Positions 10,091 to 22,189 of a stretch of DNA of 64,000 bases are shown here, one piece after another. This DNA comes from Eledone cirrhosa (taxonomy: Eukaryota): the NCBI GenBank assembly GCA_964016885.1, contig OZ024744.1, forward strand, positions 128,154,001 to 128,218,000, read 5' to 3'. How positions within the stretch are numbered: the first letter of the stretch is position 1; every line of letters starts with the position of its first letter. The translations under genes were made by a program, and so were the position numbers. The notes under the pieces are model-generated. The model did not search any database and had not been told where the DNA came from. It worked only from the letters and a program-made list of their open reading frames with translations.

Positions 10091-13000
10091 TTAAGTTGGG
10101 GTTCAGTTCAGTTGGGGTTAAGTTAAGTTGGGGTTAAGTTAAGTTGGGGTTAAGTTAAGTTGGGGTTAAGTTAAGTTGGGGTTAAGTTAAGTTGGGGTTG
10201 AGTTAAGTTGGGGTTGAGTTAAGTTGGGGTTAAGTTAAGTTGGGGTTAAGTTAAGTTGGGGTTAAGTTAAGTTGGGGGTAAGTTAAGTTGGGGGTAAGTT
10301 AAGTTGGGGGCAAGTTAAGTTGGGGTTAAGTTAAGTTGGGGTTAAGTTAAGTTGGGGTTAAGTTAAGTTAGGGTTAATTTCAGTTGGGGTTAAGTTAAGT
10401 TGGGGTTAAGTTAAGTTAGGGTTAATTTAAGTTGGGGTTATGTTAAGTTGGGGTTAAGTTAAGTTGGGGTTAAGTTAAGTTGGTGTTAAGTAAAGTTGGG
10501 GTTAAGTTAAGTTGTGGGTTAAGTTAAGTTGGGGTTAAGTTAAGTTGGGGTTAAGTTAAGTTGGTGTTAAGTAAAGTTGGGCTTAAGTTAAGTTGGGTTT
10601 GAGTTAAGTTGGGGCTAAGTTAAGTTAGGGCTAAGTTAAGTTGGGGTTAAGTTAAGTTGGGGCTAGGTTAAGTTGGGTCTAATTTAAGTTGGGGTTAAGT
10701 TAAGTTGGGGTTAAGTTAAGTTGGGATTAAATTAAGTTGGGGTTAAGTTAAGTTGGGCTTAAGCTAAGTTGGGGTTAAGTTAGGTTGTGGGTTAAGTTAA
10801 GTTGGGGTTAAGTTAAGCTGGGGTTAAGTTGGGGTAAGTTAAGTTGGGGGTAAGTTAAGTTGGGGTTAAGTTAAGTTGGGGTTAAGTTAAGTTGGGGTTA
10901 AGTTAAGTTGGGGTTAAGTTAAGTTGGAGTTGAGTTAAGTTGGGGTTGAGTTAAGTTGGGGTTAAGTTAAGTTGGGGTTAAGTTAAGTTGGGGTTAAGTT
11001 AAGTTGGGGTTAAGTTAAGCTGGGGTTAAGTTGGGGTAAGTTAAGTTGGGGTTAAGTTAAGTTGGGGTTAAGTTAAGTTGGGGTTAAGTTAAGTTGGGGT
11101 TAAGTTAAGTTGGGGTTGAGTTAAGTTGGGGTTGAGTTAAGTTGGGGTTAAGTTAAGTTGGGGTTAAGTTAAGTTGGGGTTAAGTTAAGTTGGGGTTAAG
11201 TTAAGTTGGGGTTAAGTTAAGTTGGGGGTAAGTTAAGATGGGGGCAAGTTAAGTTGGGGTTAAGTTAAGTTGGGGTTAAGTTAAGTTGGGGTTAAGTTAA
11301 GTTGGGGTTAAGTTAAGTTGGGGTTAAGTTAAGTTGGGGTTAAGTTAAGTTAGGGTTAATTTCAGTTGGGGTTATGTTAAGTTGGGGTTAAGTTAAGTAG
11401 GGGTTAAGTTAAAGTTGGGGTTAAGTTAAGTTGGGGTAAAGTTAAGTTGGGGTTAAGTTAAGTTGGGGTTAAATTAAGTTGGGGTTCAGTTAAGTTGGGG
11501 TTAAGTTGGGGTAAGTTAAGTTGGGGGTAAGTTAAGTTGGGGTTAAGTTAAGTTGGGGTTAAGGTAAGTTGGGGGTAAGTTAAGTAGGGGTTAAGTTAAA
11601 GTTGGGGTTAAGTTAAGTTGGGGTTAAGTTAAGCTGGGGTTAAGTTGGGGTAAGTTAAGTTGGGGGTAAGTTAAGTTGGGGTTAAGTTAAGTTGGGGTTA
11701 AGGTAAGTTGGGGTTATGTTAAGTTGGGGCTAAGTTAAGTTGGGGCTAAATCAAGTTGGGGTTAAGTCAAGTTGAGGTTAACTTAAGTTGGGGCTAAGTT
11801 AAGTTGGGGTTAAGTTAAGTTGGGGTTAAGTTAAGTTGGGGTTAAGGTAAGTTGGGGTTATGTTAAGTTGGGGCTAAGTTAAGTTGGGGCTAAGTTAAGT
11901 TGGGGCTGAGTTAAGTTGGGGTTAAGTTAAGTTGGGGTTGAGTTAAGTTGGGGTTAAGTTAAGTTGGGATTAAGTTAAGTTGGGGTTAAGTTAAGTTGGG
12001 GTTAAGATAAGTTGGGGTTAAGTTAAGTTGGGGTTAAGTTAAGTTGGGGTTGAGTTAATTTGGGGTTAAGTTAAGTTGGGGTTAACTTAAGTTGGGGTTA
12101 AGTTGGGGTTAAGTTAAGTTGGGGGTAGGTTAAGTTGGGGGCAAGTTAAGTTGGGGTTAAGTTAAGTTGGGGTTAAGTTAAGTTGGGTTTAAGTTAAGTT
12201 GGGGCTAAGTTAAGTTGGGGCTAAGTTAAGTTGGGGCTGAGTTAAGTTGGGTGTAAGTCAAGTTGGGGTTAAGTCAAGTTGCGGTTAAGTCAAGTTGCGG
12301 TTAAGTCAAGTTGGGGTTAAGTCAAGTTGGGGTTAAGTTAAGTTGGGGTTAAGTTAAGTTGGGGTTAAGTTAAGTTGGGGTCAAGTTAAGTTGGGGTTAA
12401 GTTAAGTTAGGATTAATTTCAGTTGGGGTTATGTTAAGTTGGGGTTAAGTTAAGTTGGGGTTAATTTAAAGTTGGGGTTAAGTTAAGTTGGGGTAAAGTT
12501 AAGTTAGGGTTAAGTTAAGTTGGGGTTAAGTTAAGTTGGGGTTAAATTAAGTTGGGGTTAAGTTAAGTTGGGGTTAAGTTAAGTTGGGGTTAAATTAAGT
12601 TGGGGTTCAGTTAAGTTGGGTTTAAATTAAGTTGGGGTTAAGTTAAGTTGGGGTTAGTTAAGTTGGGGTTAAGTTAAGTTGGGGTTAAGTTAAGTTGGGG
12701 TTAAGTTAAGTTGGGGTTAAGTTAAGTTGGCGTTAAGTTAAGTTGGGGTTAAGTTAAGTTGGGGTTAAATTAAGTTGGGGTTAAGTTAAGTTGGGGTTAA
12801 TTTAAGTTGGGGTTAAGTTAAGTTGGGATTAAGTTAAGTTGGAGTTAAGTCAAGTTGGGGTTAAGTCAAGTTGCGGTTAAGTCAAGTTGGGGTTAAGTCA
12901 AGTTGGGGTTAAGTTAAGTTGGGGTTAAGTTAAGTTGGGGTTAATTTAAGTTGGGGGTAAGTTAAGTTGGGTGTAAGTTAAGTTGGGGTTAAGTTAAGTT

Positions 13001-16000
13001 GGGGTTCAGTTCAGTTGGGGTTAAGTTGGGGTTAAGTTAAGCTGGGGGTAAGTTAAGTTGGGGTTAAGTTAAGTTGGGGTTAAGTTAAGTTGGGGTTAAG
13101 TTAAGTTGGGTTTAAGTTAAGTTGGAGTTAAGTTAAGTTGGAGTTAAGTTAAGTTGGGGTTAAGCTAAGTTGGGGTTAAGCTAAGTTGGGGTTAAGTTAA
13201 TTTGGGGCTGAGTTAAGTTGGGGTTAAGTTAAGTTCGGGTTGAGTTAAGTTGGGGTTAAGTTAAGTTGGGGTTAAGTTAAGTTGGGGTTAAGTTAAGTTG
13301 GGGTTAAGATAAGTTGGGGTTAAGTTAAGTTGGGGTTAATTTAAGTTGGGGTTGAGTTAATTTGGGTTTAAGTTAAGTTGGGCTTAACTTTAGTTGGGGT
13401 TAAGTTGGGGTTAAGTTAAGTTGGGGTTAAGTTAAGTTGGGGGTAAGTTAAGTTGGGGGCAAGTTAAGTTGGGGTTAATTTAAGTTGGGGTTAAGTTAAG
13501 TTGGGGTTATGTTAAGTCGGGGTTAAGTTAAGTTGGGGGTAACTTAAGTTGGGGTTAAGTTAATTTGGGGGTAAGTTAAGTTGGGGTTAAGTTAAGTTGG
13601 GGGTAAGTTAAGTTGAGGGTAAGTTAAGTTGGGGTTAAGTTAAGTTGGGGTTAAATTAAGTTGAGGTTAAGTTAAGTTGGGGTTAAGTTAAGTTGGGGGT
13701 AAGATAAGTTGGGGGTAAGATAAGTTGGGGCTAAGTTAACTTGGGGCTAAGTCAAGTTGGGGTTAATTCAAGTTGAGGTTAACTTAAGTTGGGGTTAAGT
13801 TAAGTTGGGGTTAAGTTAAGTTGGGGTTAAGGTAAGTTGGGGTTATGTTAAGTTGGGGCTAAGTTAAGTTGGGGCTAAGTTAAGTTGGGGCTGAGTTAAG
13901 TTGGGGTTAAGTTAAGTTGGGGTTGAGTTAAGTTGGGGTTAAGTTAAGTTGGGATTAAGTTAAGTTGGGGTTAAGTTAAGTTCGGCTTGAGTTAAGTTGG
14001 GGTTAAGTTAAGTTGGGGTTAATTTAAGTTGGGGTTAAGTTAAGTTGGGGTTAAGATAAGTTGGGGTTAAGTTAAGTTGGGGTTAAGTTAAGTTGGGGTT
14101 GAGTTAATTTGGGGTTAAGTTAAGTTGGGGTTAACTTAAGTTGGGGTTAAGTTGGGGTTAAGTTAAGTTGGGGGTAGGTTAAGTTGGGGGCAAGTTAAGT
14201 TGGGGTTAAGTTAAGTTGGGGTTAAGTTAAGTTGGGGGTAAGTTAAGTCGGGGTTAAGTTAAGTTGGGGTTAATTTAAGTTGAGGTTAAGTTAAGTTGGG
14301 GTTAAGGTAAGTTGGGGTTAAGTTAATTTGCGGTTAAGTTAGGTTGTGGGTTAAGTTAAGTTGGGGTTAAGTTAAGCTGGGGTTAAGTTGGGGTAAGTTA
14401 AGTTGGGGGTAAGTTAAGTTGGGGTTAAGTTAAGTTGGGGTTAAGTTAAGTTGGGGTTAAGTTAAGTTGGGGTTAAGTTAAGTTGGGGTTGAGTTAAGTT
14501 GGGGTTGAGTTAAGTTGGGGTTAAGTTAAGTTGGGGTTAAGTTAAGTTGGGGTTAAGTTAAGTTGGGGTTAAGTTAAGCTGGGGTTAAGTTGGGGTAAGT
14601 TAAGTTGGGGGTAAGTTAAGTTGGGGTTAAGTTAAGTTGGGGTTAAGGTAAGTTGGGGTTATGTTAAGTTGGGGCTAAGTTAAGTTGGGGCTAAATCAAG
14701 TTGGGGTTAAGTCAAGTTGAGGTTAACTTAAGTTGGGGCTAAGTTAAGTTGGGGTTAAGTTAAGTTGGGGTTAAGTTAAGTTGGGGTTAAGGTAAGTTGG
14801 GGTTATGTTAAGTTGGGGCTAAGTTAAGTTGGGGCTAAGTTAAGTTGGGGCTGAGTTAAGTTGGGGTTAAGTTAAGTTGGGGTTGAGTTAAGTTGGGGTT
14901 AAGTTAAGTTGGGATTAAGTTAAGTTGGGGTTAAGTTAAGTTGGGGTTAAGATAAGTTGGGGTTAAGTTAAGTTGGGGTTAAGTTAAGTTGGGGTTGAGT
15001 TAATTTGGGGTTAAGTTAAGTTGGGGTTAACTTAAGTTGGGGTTAAGTTGGGGTTAAGTTAAGTTGGGGGTAGGTAAAGTTGGGGGCAAGTTAAGTTGGG
15101 GTTAAGTTAAGTTGGGGTTAAGTTAAGTTGGGTTTAAGTTAAGTTGGGGCTAAGTTAAGTTGGGGCTAAGTTAAGTTGGGGCTGAGTTAAGTTGGGTGTA
15201 AGTTAAGTTGGGGTTCAGTTCAGTTGGGGTTAAGTTAAGTTGGGGTTAAGTTAAGTTGGGGTTAAGTTAAGTTGGGGTTAAGTTAAGTTGGGGTTAAGTT
15301 AAGTTGGGGTTGAGTTAAGTTGGGGTTGAGTTAAGTTGGGGTTAAGTTAAGTTGGGGTTAAGTTAAGTTGGGGTTAAGTTAAGTTGGGGGTAAGTTAAGT
15401 TGGGGGTAAGTTAAGTTGGGGGCAAGTTAAGTTGGGGTTAAGTTAAGTTGGGGTTAAGTTAAGTTGGGGTTAAGTTAAGTTAGGGTTAATTTCAGTTGGG
15501 GTTAAGTTAAGTTGGGGTTAAGTTAAGTTAGGGTTAATTTAAGTTGGGGTTATGTTAAGTTGGGGTTAAGTTAAGTTGGGGTTAAGTTAAGTTGGTGTTA
15601 AGTAAAGTTGGGGTTAAGTTAAGTTGTGGGTTAAGTTAAGTTGGGGTTAAGTTAAGTTGGGGTTAAGTTAAGTTGGTGTTAAGTAAAGTTGGGCTTAAGT
15701 TAAGTTGGGTTTGAGTTAAGTTGGGGCTAAGTTAAGTTAGGGCTAAGTTAAGTTGGGGTTAAGTTAAGTTGGGGCTAGGTTAAGTTGGGTCTAATTTAAG
15801 TTGGGGTTAAGTTAAGTTGGGGTTAAGTTAAGTTGGGATTAAATTAAGTTGGGGTTAAGTTAAGTTGGGCTTAAGCTAAGTTGGGGTTAAGTTAGGTTGT
15901 GGGTTAAGTTAAGTTGGGGTTAAGTTAAGCTGGGGTTAAGTTGGGGTAAGTTAAGTTGGGGGTAAGTTAAGTTGGGGTTAAGTTAAGTTGGGGTTAAGTT

Positions 16001-16616
16001 AAGTTGGGGTTAAGTTAAGTTGGGGTTAAGTTAAGTTGGAGTTGAGTTAAGTTGGGGTTGAGTTAAGTTGGGGTTAAGTTAAGTTGGGGTTAAGTTAAGT
16101 TGGGGTTAAGTTAAGTTGGGGTTAAGTTAAGCTGGGGTTAAGTTGGGGTAAGTTAAGTTGGGGTTAAGTTAAGTTGGGGTTAAGTTAAGTTGGGGTTAAG
16201 TTAAGTTGGGGTTAAGTTAAGTTGGGGTTGAGTTAAGTTGGGGTTGAGTTAAGTTGGGGTTAAGTTAAGTTGGGGTTAAGTTAAGTTGGGGTTAAGTTAA
16301 GTTGGGGTTAAGTTAAGTTGGGGTTAAGTTAAGTTGGGGGTAAGTTAAGATGGGGGCAAGTTAAGTTGGGGTTAAGTTAAGTTGGGGTTAAGTTAAGTTG
16401 GGGTTAAGTTAAGTTGGGGTTAAGTTAAGTTGGGGTTAAGTTAAGTTGGGGTTAAGTTAAGTTAGGGTTAATTTCAGTTGGGGTTATGTTAAGTTGGGGT
16501 TAAGTTAAGTAGGGGTTAAGTTAAAGTTGGGGTTAAGTTAAGTTGGGGTAAAGTTAAGTTGGGGTTAAGTTAAGTTGGGGTTAAATTAAGTTGGGGTTCA
16601 GTTAAGTTGGGGTTAA
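6490..16616 (+). repeat. Recent 5,112-bp tandem duplication (~6490-11504 vs ~11602-16616) with a mosaic junction patch of about 100 bp
   Basis: Markers at exactly +5,112: GCTGGGG 6521/11633, AGGATT 7297/12409, CGGCTT 8871/13983, TAGGTAAAG 9959/15071, GATGGGGGC 11237/16349, GTAGGGG 11397/16509. Confidence 0.93.
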
Positions 16617-16899
16617 ATTAAGTTGGGGTTAAGTTAAGTTGGGGTTAGTTAAGTTGGGGTTAAGTTAAGTTGGGGTTAAGTTAAGTTGGGGTTAAGTTAA
16701 GTTGGGGTTAAGTTAAGTTGGCGTTAAGTTAAGTTGGGGTTAAGTTAAGTTGGGGTTAAATTAAGTTGGGGTTAAGTTAAGTTGGGGTTAATTTAAGTTG
16801 GGGTTAAGTTAAGTTGGGGTTAATTTAAGTTGGAGTTAAGTCAAGTTGGGGTTAAGTCAAGTTGGGGTTAAGTCAAGTTGGGGTTAAGTCAAGTTGGGG

Positions 16900-19580
16900 T
16901 TAAGTTAAGTTGGGATTAAGTTAAGTTGGGGTTAAGTTAAGTTGGGGTTAAGATAAGTTGGGGTTAAGTTAAGTTGGGGTTAATTTAAGTTGGGGTTGAG
17001 TTAAGTTCGGGTTAAGTTAAGTTCGGGTTGAGTTAAGTTGGGGTTAAGTTAAGTTGGGGTTAAGTTAAGTTGGGGTTAAGTTAAGTTGGGGTTAAGATAA
17101 GTTGGGGTTAAGTTAAGTTGGGGTTAATTTAAGTTGGGGTTGAGTTAATTTGGGTTTAAGTTAAGTTGGGCTTAACTTAAGTTGGGGTTAAGTTGGGGTT
17201 AAGTTAAGTTGGGGTTAAGTTAAGTTGGGGTTAAGTTAAGTTGGGGGTAAGTTAAGTTGGGGGCAAGTTAAGTTGGGGTTAATTTAAGTTGGGGTTAAGT
17301 TAAGTTGGGGTTATGTTAAGTTGGGGTTAATTTAAGTTGGGGTTAAGTTAAGTTGGGGGTAACTTAAGTTGAGGGTAAGTTAAGTTGAGGGTAAGTTAAG
17401 TTGAGGGTAAGTTAAGTTGAGGTTAAGTTAAGTTGGGGTTAAGTTAAGTTGGGGGTAAGTTAAGTTGGGGGTAAGTTAAGTTGGGGTTAAGTTAAGTTGG
17501 GGTTAAATTAAGTTGAGGTTAAGTTAATTTGGGGTTAAGTTAAGTTGGGGTTAAGTTAAGTTGGGGGTAAGATAAGTTGGGGCTAAGTTAAGTTGGGGCT
17601 AAGTCAAGTTGGGGTTAAGTCAAGTTGAGGTTAACTTAAGTTGGGGTTAAGTTAAGTTGGGGTTAAGTTAAGTTGGGTTTAAGGTAAGTTGGGGTTAAGT
17701 TAAGTTGGGGCTAAGTTAAGTTGGGGCTATGTTAAGTTGGGGCTGAGTTAAGTTGGGGTTAAGTTGGGGTTGAGTTAAGTTGGGGTTAAGTTAAGTTGGG
17801 ATTAAGTTAAGTTGGGGTTAAGTTAAGTTCGGGTTGAGTTAAGTTGGGGTTAAGTTAAGTTGGGGTTAATTTAAGTTGGGGTTAAGTTAAGTTGGGGTTG
17901 AGTTAATTTGGGTTTAAGTTAAGTTGGGGTTAACTTAAGTTGGGGTTAAGTTAAGTTGGGGTTAAGTTAAGTTGGGGGTAAGTTAAGTTGGGGGCAAGTT
18001 GAGTTGGGGTTAAGTTAAGTTGGGGTTAAGTTAAGGTGGGGGTAAGTTAAGTTGGGGGTAAGTTAAGTTGGGGTTAAGTTAAGTTGGGGTTAAGTTAAGT
18101 TGGGTTTAAGTTAAGTTGGGGCTAAGTCTAGTTGGGGCTAAGTTAAGTTGGGGCTGAGTTAAGTTGGGGTTAAGTTAAGTTGGGGTTGAGTTAAGTTGGG
18201 GTTAACTTAAGTTGGGGTTAAGTTGGGGTTAAGTTAAGTTGGGGTTAAATTAAGTTGGGGGTTAGTTAAGTTGCGGCAAGTTAAGTTGGGGATAATTTAA
18301 GTTGGGGTTAAGTTAAGTTGGGGTTATGTTAAGTTGGGGTTAAGTTAAGTTGGGGTTAAGTTAAGTTGGGGGTAAGTTAATTTGGGGCTGAGTTAAGATA
18401 GGGTTAAGTTAAGTTCGGGTTGAGTTAAGTTGGGGTTAAGTTAAGTTGGGGTTAAGTTAAGTTGGGATTAAGTTAAGTTGGGGTTAAGATAAGTTGGGGT
18501 TAAGTTAAGTTGGGGTTAATTTAAGTTGGGGTTGAGTTAAGTTCGGGTTAAGTTAAGTTCGGGTTGAGTTAAGTTGGGGTTAAGTTAAGTTGGGGTTAAG
18601 TTAAGTTGGGGTTAAGTTAAGTTGGGGTTAAGATAAGTTGGGGTTAAGTTATGTTGGGGTTAATTTAAGTTGGTGTTGAGTTAATTTGGGTTTAAGTTAA
18701 GTTGGGCTTAACTTAAGTTGGGGTTAAGTTGGGGTTAAGTTAAGTTGGGGTTAAGTTAAGTTGGGGTTAAGTTAAGTTGGGGGTAAGTTAAGTTGGGGGC
18801 AAGTTAAGTTGGGGTTAATTTAAGTTGGGGTTAAGTTAAGTTGGGGTTATGTTAAGTTGGGGTTAATTTAAGTTGGGGTTAAGTTAAGTTGGGGGTAACT
18901 TAAGTTGAGGGTAAGTTAAGTTGAGGGTAAGTTAAGTTGAGGGTAAGTTAAGTTGAGGTTAAGTTAAGTTGGGGTTAAGTTAAGTTGGGGGTAAGTTAAG
19001 TTGGGGGTAAGTTAAGTTGGGGTTAAGTTAAGTTGGGGTTAAATTAAGTTGAGGTTAAGTTAATTTGGGGTTAAGTTAAGTTGGGGTTAAGTTAAGTTGG
19101 GGGTAAGATAAGTTGGGGCTAAGTTAAGTTGGGGCTAAGTCAAGTTGGGGTTAAGTCAAGTTGAGGTTAACTTAAGTTGGGGTTAAGTTAAGTTGGGGTT
19201 AAGTTAAGTTGGGGTTAAGGTAAGTTGGGGTTAAGTTAAGTTGGGGCTAAGTTAAGTTGGGGCTAAGTTAAGTTGGGGCTGAGTTAAGTTGGGGTTAAGT
19301 TGCGGTTGAGTTAAGTTGGGGTTAAGTTAAGTTGGGATTAAGTTAAGTTGGGGTTACGTTAAGTTCGGGTTGAGTTAAGTTGGGGTTAAGTTAAGTTGGG
19401 GTTAATTTAAGTTGGGGTTAAGTTAAGTTGGGGTTAAGATAAGTTGGGGTTAAGTTAAGTTGGGGTTAAGTTAAGTTGGGGTTGAGTTAATTTGGGGTTA
19501 AGTTAAGTTGGGGTTAACTTAAGTTGGGGTTAAGTTAAGTTGGGGTTAAGTTAAGTTGGGGGTAAGTTAAGTTGGGGGCA
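16900..19580 (+). repeat. Older duplication of about 1.5-1.6 kb marked by a triple TTGAGGGT block (1,536 bp here, 1,584 bp in the homologous region at ~51.0-53.7 kb)
   Basis: The (TTGAGGGTAAGTTAAG)x3 + TTGAGG block has its first GAGG at 17371/18907 and 51457/53041. The 48-bp difference in spacing matches a three-monomer deletion near 17,890. Confidence 0.8.
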
Positions 19581-22189
19581 AGCTAAGTTGGGGTTCAGTT
19601 AAGTTGGGGTTAAGTTAATTTGGGGCTGAGTTAAGTTGGGGTTAAGTTAAGTTCGGGTTGAGTTAAGTTGGGGTTAAGTTAAGTTGGGGTTAAGTTAAGT
19701 TGGGGTTAAGTTAAGTTGGGGTTAAGATAAGTTGGGGTTAAGTTAAGTTGGGGTTAATTTAAGTTGGGGTTGAGTTAACTTGGGTTTAAGTTAAGTTGGG
19801 CTTAACTTAAGTTGGGGTTAAGTTAAGTTGGGGTTAAGTTAAGTTGGGGGTAAGTTAAGTTGGGGGCAAGTTAAGTTGGGGTTAATTTAAGTTGAGGTTA
19901 AGTTAAGTTGGGGTTAAGTTAAGTTGGGGGTAAGTTAAGTTGGGGGTAAGTTAAGTTGGGGTTAAGTTAAGTTGGGGTTAAATTAAGTTGAGGTTAAGTT
20001 AATTTGGGGTTAAGTTAAGTTGGGGTTAAGTTAAGTTGGGGGTAAGATAAGTTGGGGCTAAGTTAAGTTGGGGCTAAGTCAAGTTGGGGTTAAGTCAAGT
20101 TGGGGTTAAGTCAAGTTGAGGTTAACTTAAGTTGGGGTTAAGTTAAGTTGGGGTTAAGTTAAGTTGGGGTTAAGGTAAGTTGGGGTTAAGTTAAGTTGGG
20201 GCTAAGTTAAGTTGGGGCTAATTTAAGTTGGGGCTGAGTTAAGTTGGGGTTAAGTTGGGGTTGAGTTAAGTTGGGGTTAAGTTAAGTTGGTATTAAGTTA
20301 AGTTGGGGTTAAGTTAAGTTAGGGTTGAGTTAAGTTGGGGTTAAGTTAAGTTGGGGTTAATTTAAGTTGGGGTTAAGTTAAGTTGGGGTTAAGATAAGTT
20401 GGGGTTAAGTTAAGTTGGGGTTAAGTTAAGTTGGGGTTGAGTTAATTTGGGGTTAAGTTAAGTTGGGGTTAACTTAAGTTGGGGTTAAGTTAAGTTGGGG
20501 TTAAGTTAAGTTGGGGGTAAGTTAAGTCGGGGTTAAGTTAAGTTGGGGTTAAGTTAAGTTGGGTTTAAGTTAAGTTGGGGCTAAGTTAAGTTGGGGCTAA
20601 GTTAAGTTGGGGCTGAGTTAAGTTGGGGGTAACTTAAGTTGGGTATAAGTTAAGTTGGGGTTAAGTTAAGTTGGGGTTCAGTTCAGTTGGGGTTAAGTTA
20701 AGTTGGGGTTAAGTTAAGCTGGGGTTAAGTTAAGTTGGGGTTAATTTAAGTTGGGGTTAAGTTAAGTTGGGGTTAAGTTAAGTTGGGGGTAAGTTAAGTT
20801 GGGGGCAAGTTAAGTTGGGGTTAAGTTAAGTTGGGGTTAAGTTAAGTTGGGGTTAAGTTAAGTTAGGGTTAATTTCAGTTGGGGTTAAGTTAAGTTGGGG
20901 TTAAGTTAAGTTAGGGTTAATTTAAGTTGGGGTTATGTTAAGTTGGGGTTAAGTTAAGTTGGGGTTAGGTTAAGTTGGTATTAAGTAAAGTTGGGGTTAA
21001 GTTAAGTTGTGGGTTAAGTTAAGTTGGGGTTAAGTTAAGTTGGGGTTAAGTTAAGTTGGTGTTAAGTAAAGTTGGGCTTAAGTTAAGTTGGGTTTGAGTT
21101 AAGTTGGGGCTAAGTTAAGTTAGGGCTGAGTTAAGTTGGGGTTAAGTTAAGTTGGGGCTAGGTTAAGTTGGGTCTAAGTTAAGTTGGGGTTAAGTTAAGT
21201 TGGGGTTAAGTTCAGTTGGGGTTAAATTAAGTTGGGGTTAAGTTAAGTTGGCGTTAAGCTAAGTTGGGGTTAAGTTAATTTGCGGTTAAGTTAGGTTGTG
21301 GGTTAAGTTAAGTTGGGGGTAAGTTAAGTTGGGGGTAAGTTAAGTTGGGGTTAATTTAAGTTGGGGTTAAGTTAAGTTGGGGTTAAGTTAAGTTGGGGTT
21401 CAGTTAAGTTGGGGTTAAGTTAAGTTGGCGTTAATTTAACTTGGGGTAAAGTTAAGTTGGGGTTAAGTTAAGTTGGGGTTAAGTTAAGTTGGGGTTAAGT
21501 TAAGTTGGGGTTAAGTCAAGTTGGGGTTAAGTCAAGTTGGGGTTAAGTCAAGTTGGGGTTAAGTTAAGTTGGGGGTAAGTTAAGTTGGGTATAAGTTAAG
21601 TTGGGGTTAAGTTAAAATGTGGTTAAGTTCAGTTGGGGTTAAGTTAAGTTGGGGTTAAGTTAAGTTGGGGGTAAGTTAAGTTGGGGGCAAGTTAAGTTGG
21701 GGTTAAGTTAAGTTGGGGTTAAGTTAAGTTGGGGTTAAGTTAAGTTGGGGTTAAGTTAAGTTAGGGTTAATTTCAGTTGGGGTTATGTTAAGTTGGGGTT
21801 AAGTTAAGTTGGGGTTAAGTTAAAGTTGGGGTTAAGTTAAGTTGGGGTAAAGGTAAGTTGGGGTTAAATTAAGTTGGGGTTCAGTTAAGTTGGGGTTAAA
21901 TTAAGTTGGGGTTAAGTTAAGTTGGGGTTAGTTAAGTTGGGGTTAAGTTAAGTTGGGGTTAAGTTAAGTTGGGGTTAAGTTAAGTTGGCGTTAAGTTAAG
22001 TTGGGGTTAAGTTAAGTTGGGGTTAAATTAAGTTGGGGTTAAGTTAAGTTGGGGTTAATTTAAGTTGGGGTTAAGTTAAGTTGGGGTTAAGTTAAGTTGG
22101 AGTTAAGTCAAGTTGGGGTTAAGTCAAGTTGCGGTTAAGTCAAGTTGGGGTTAAGTCAAGTTGGGGTTAAGTTAAGTTGGGGTTAAGTT

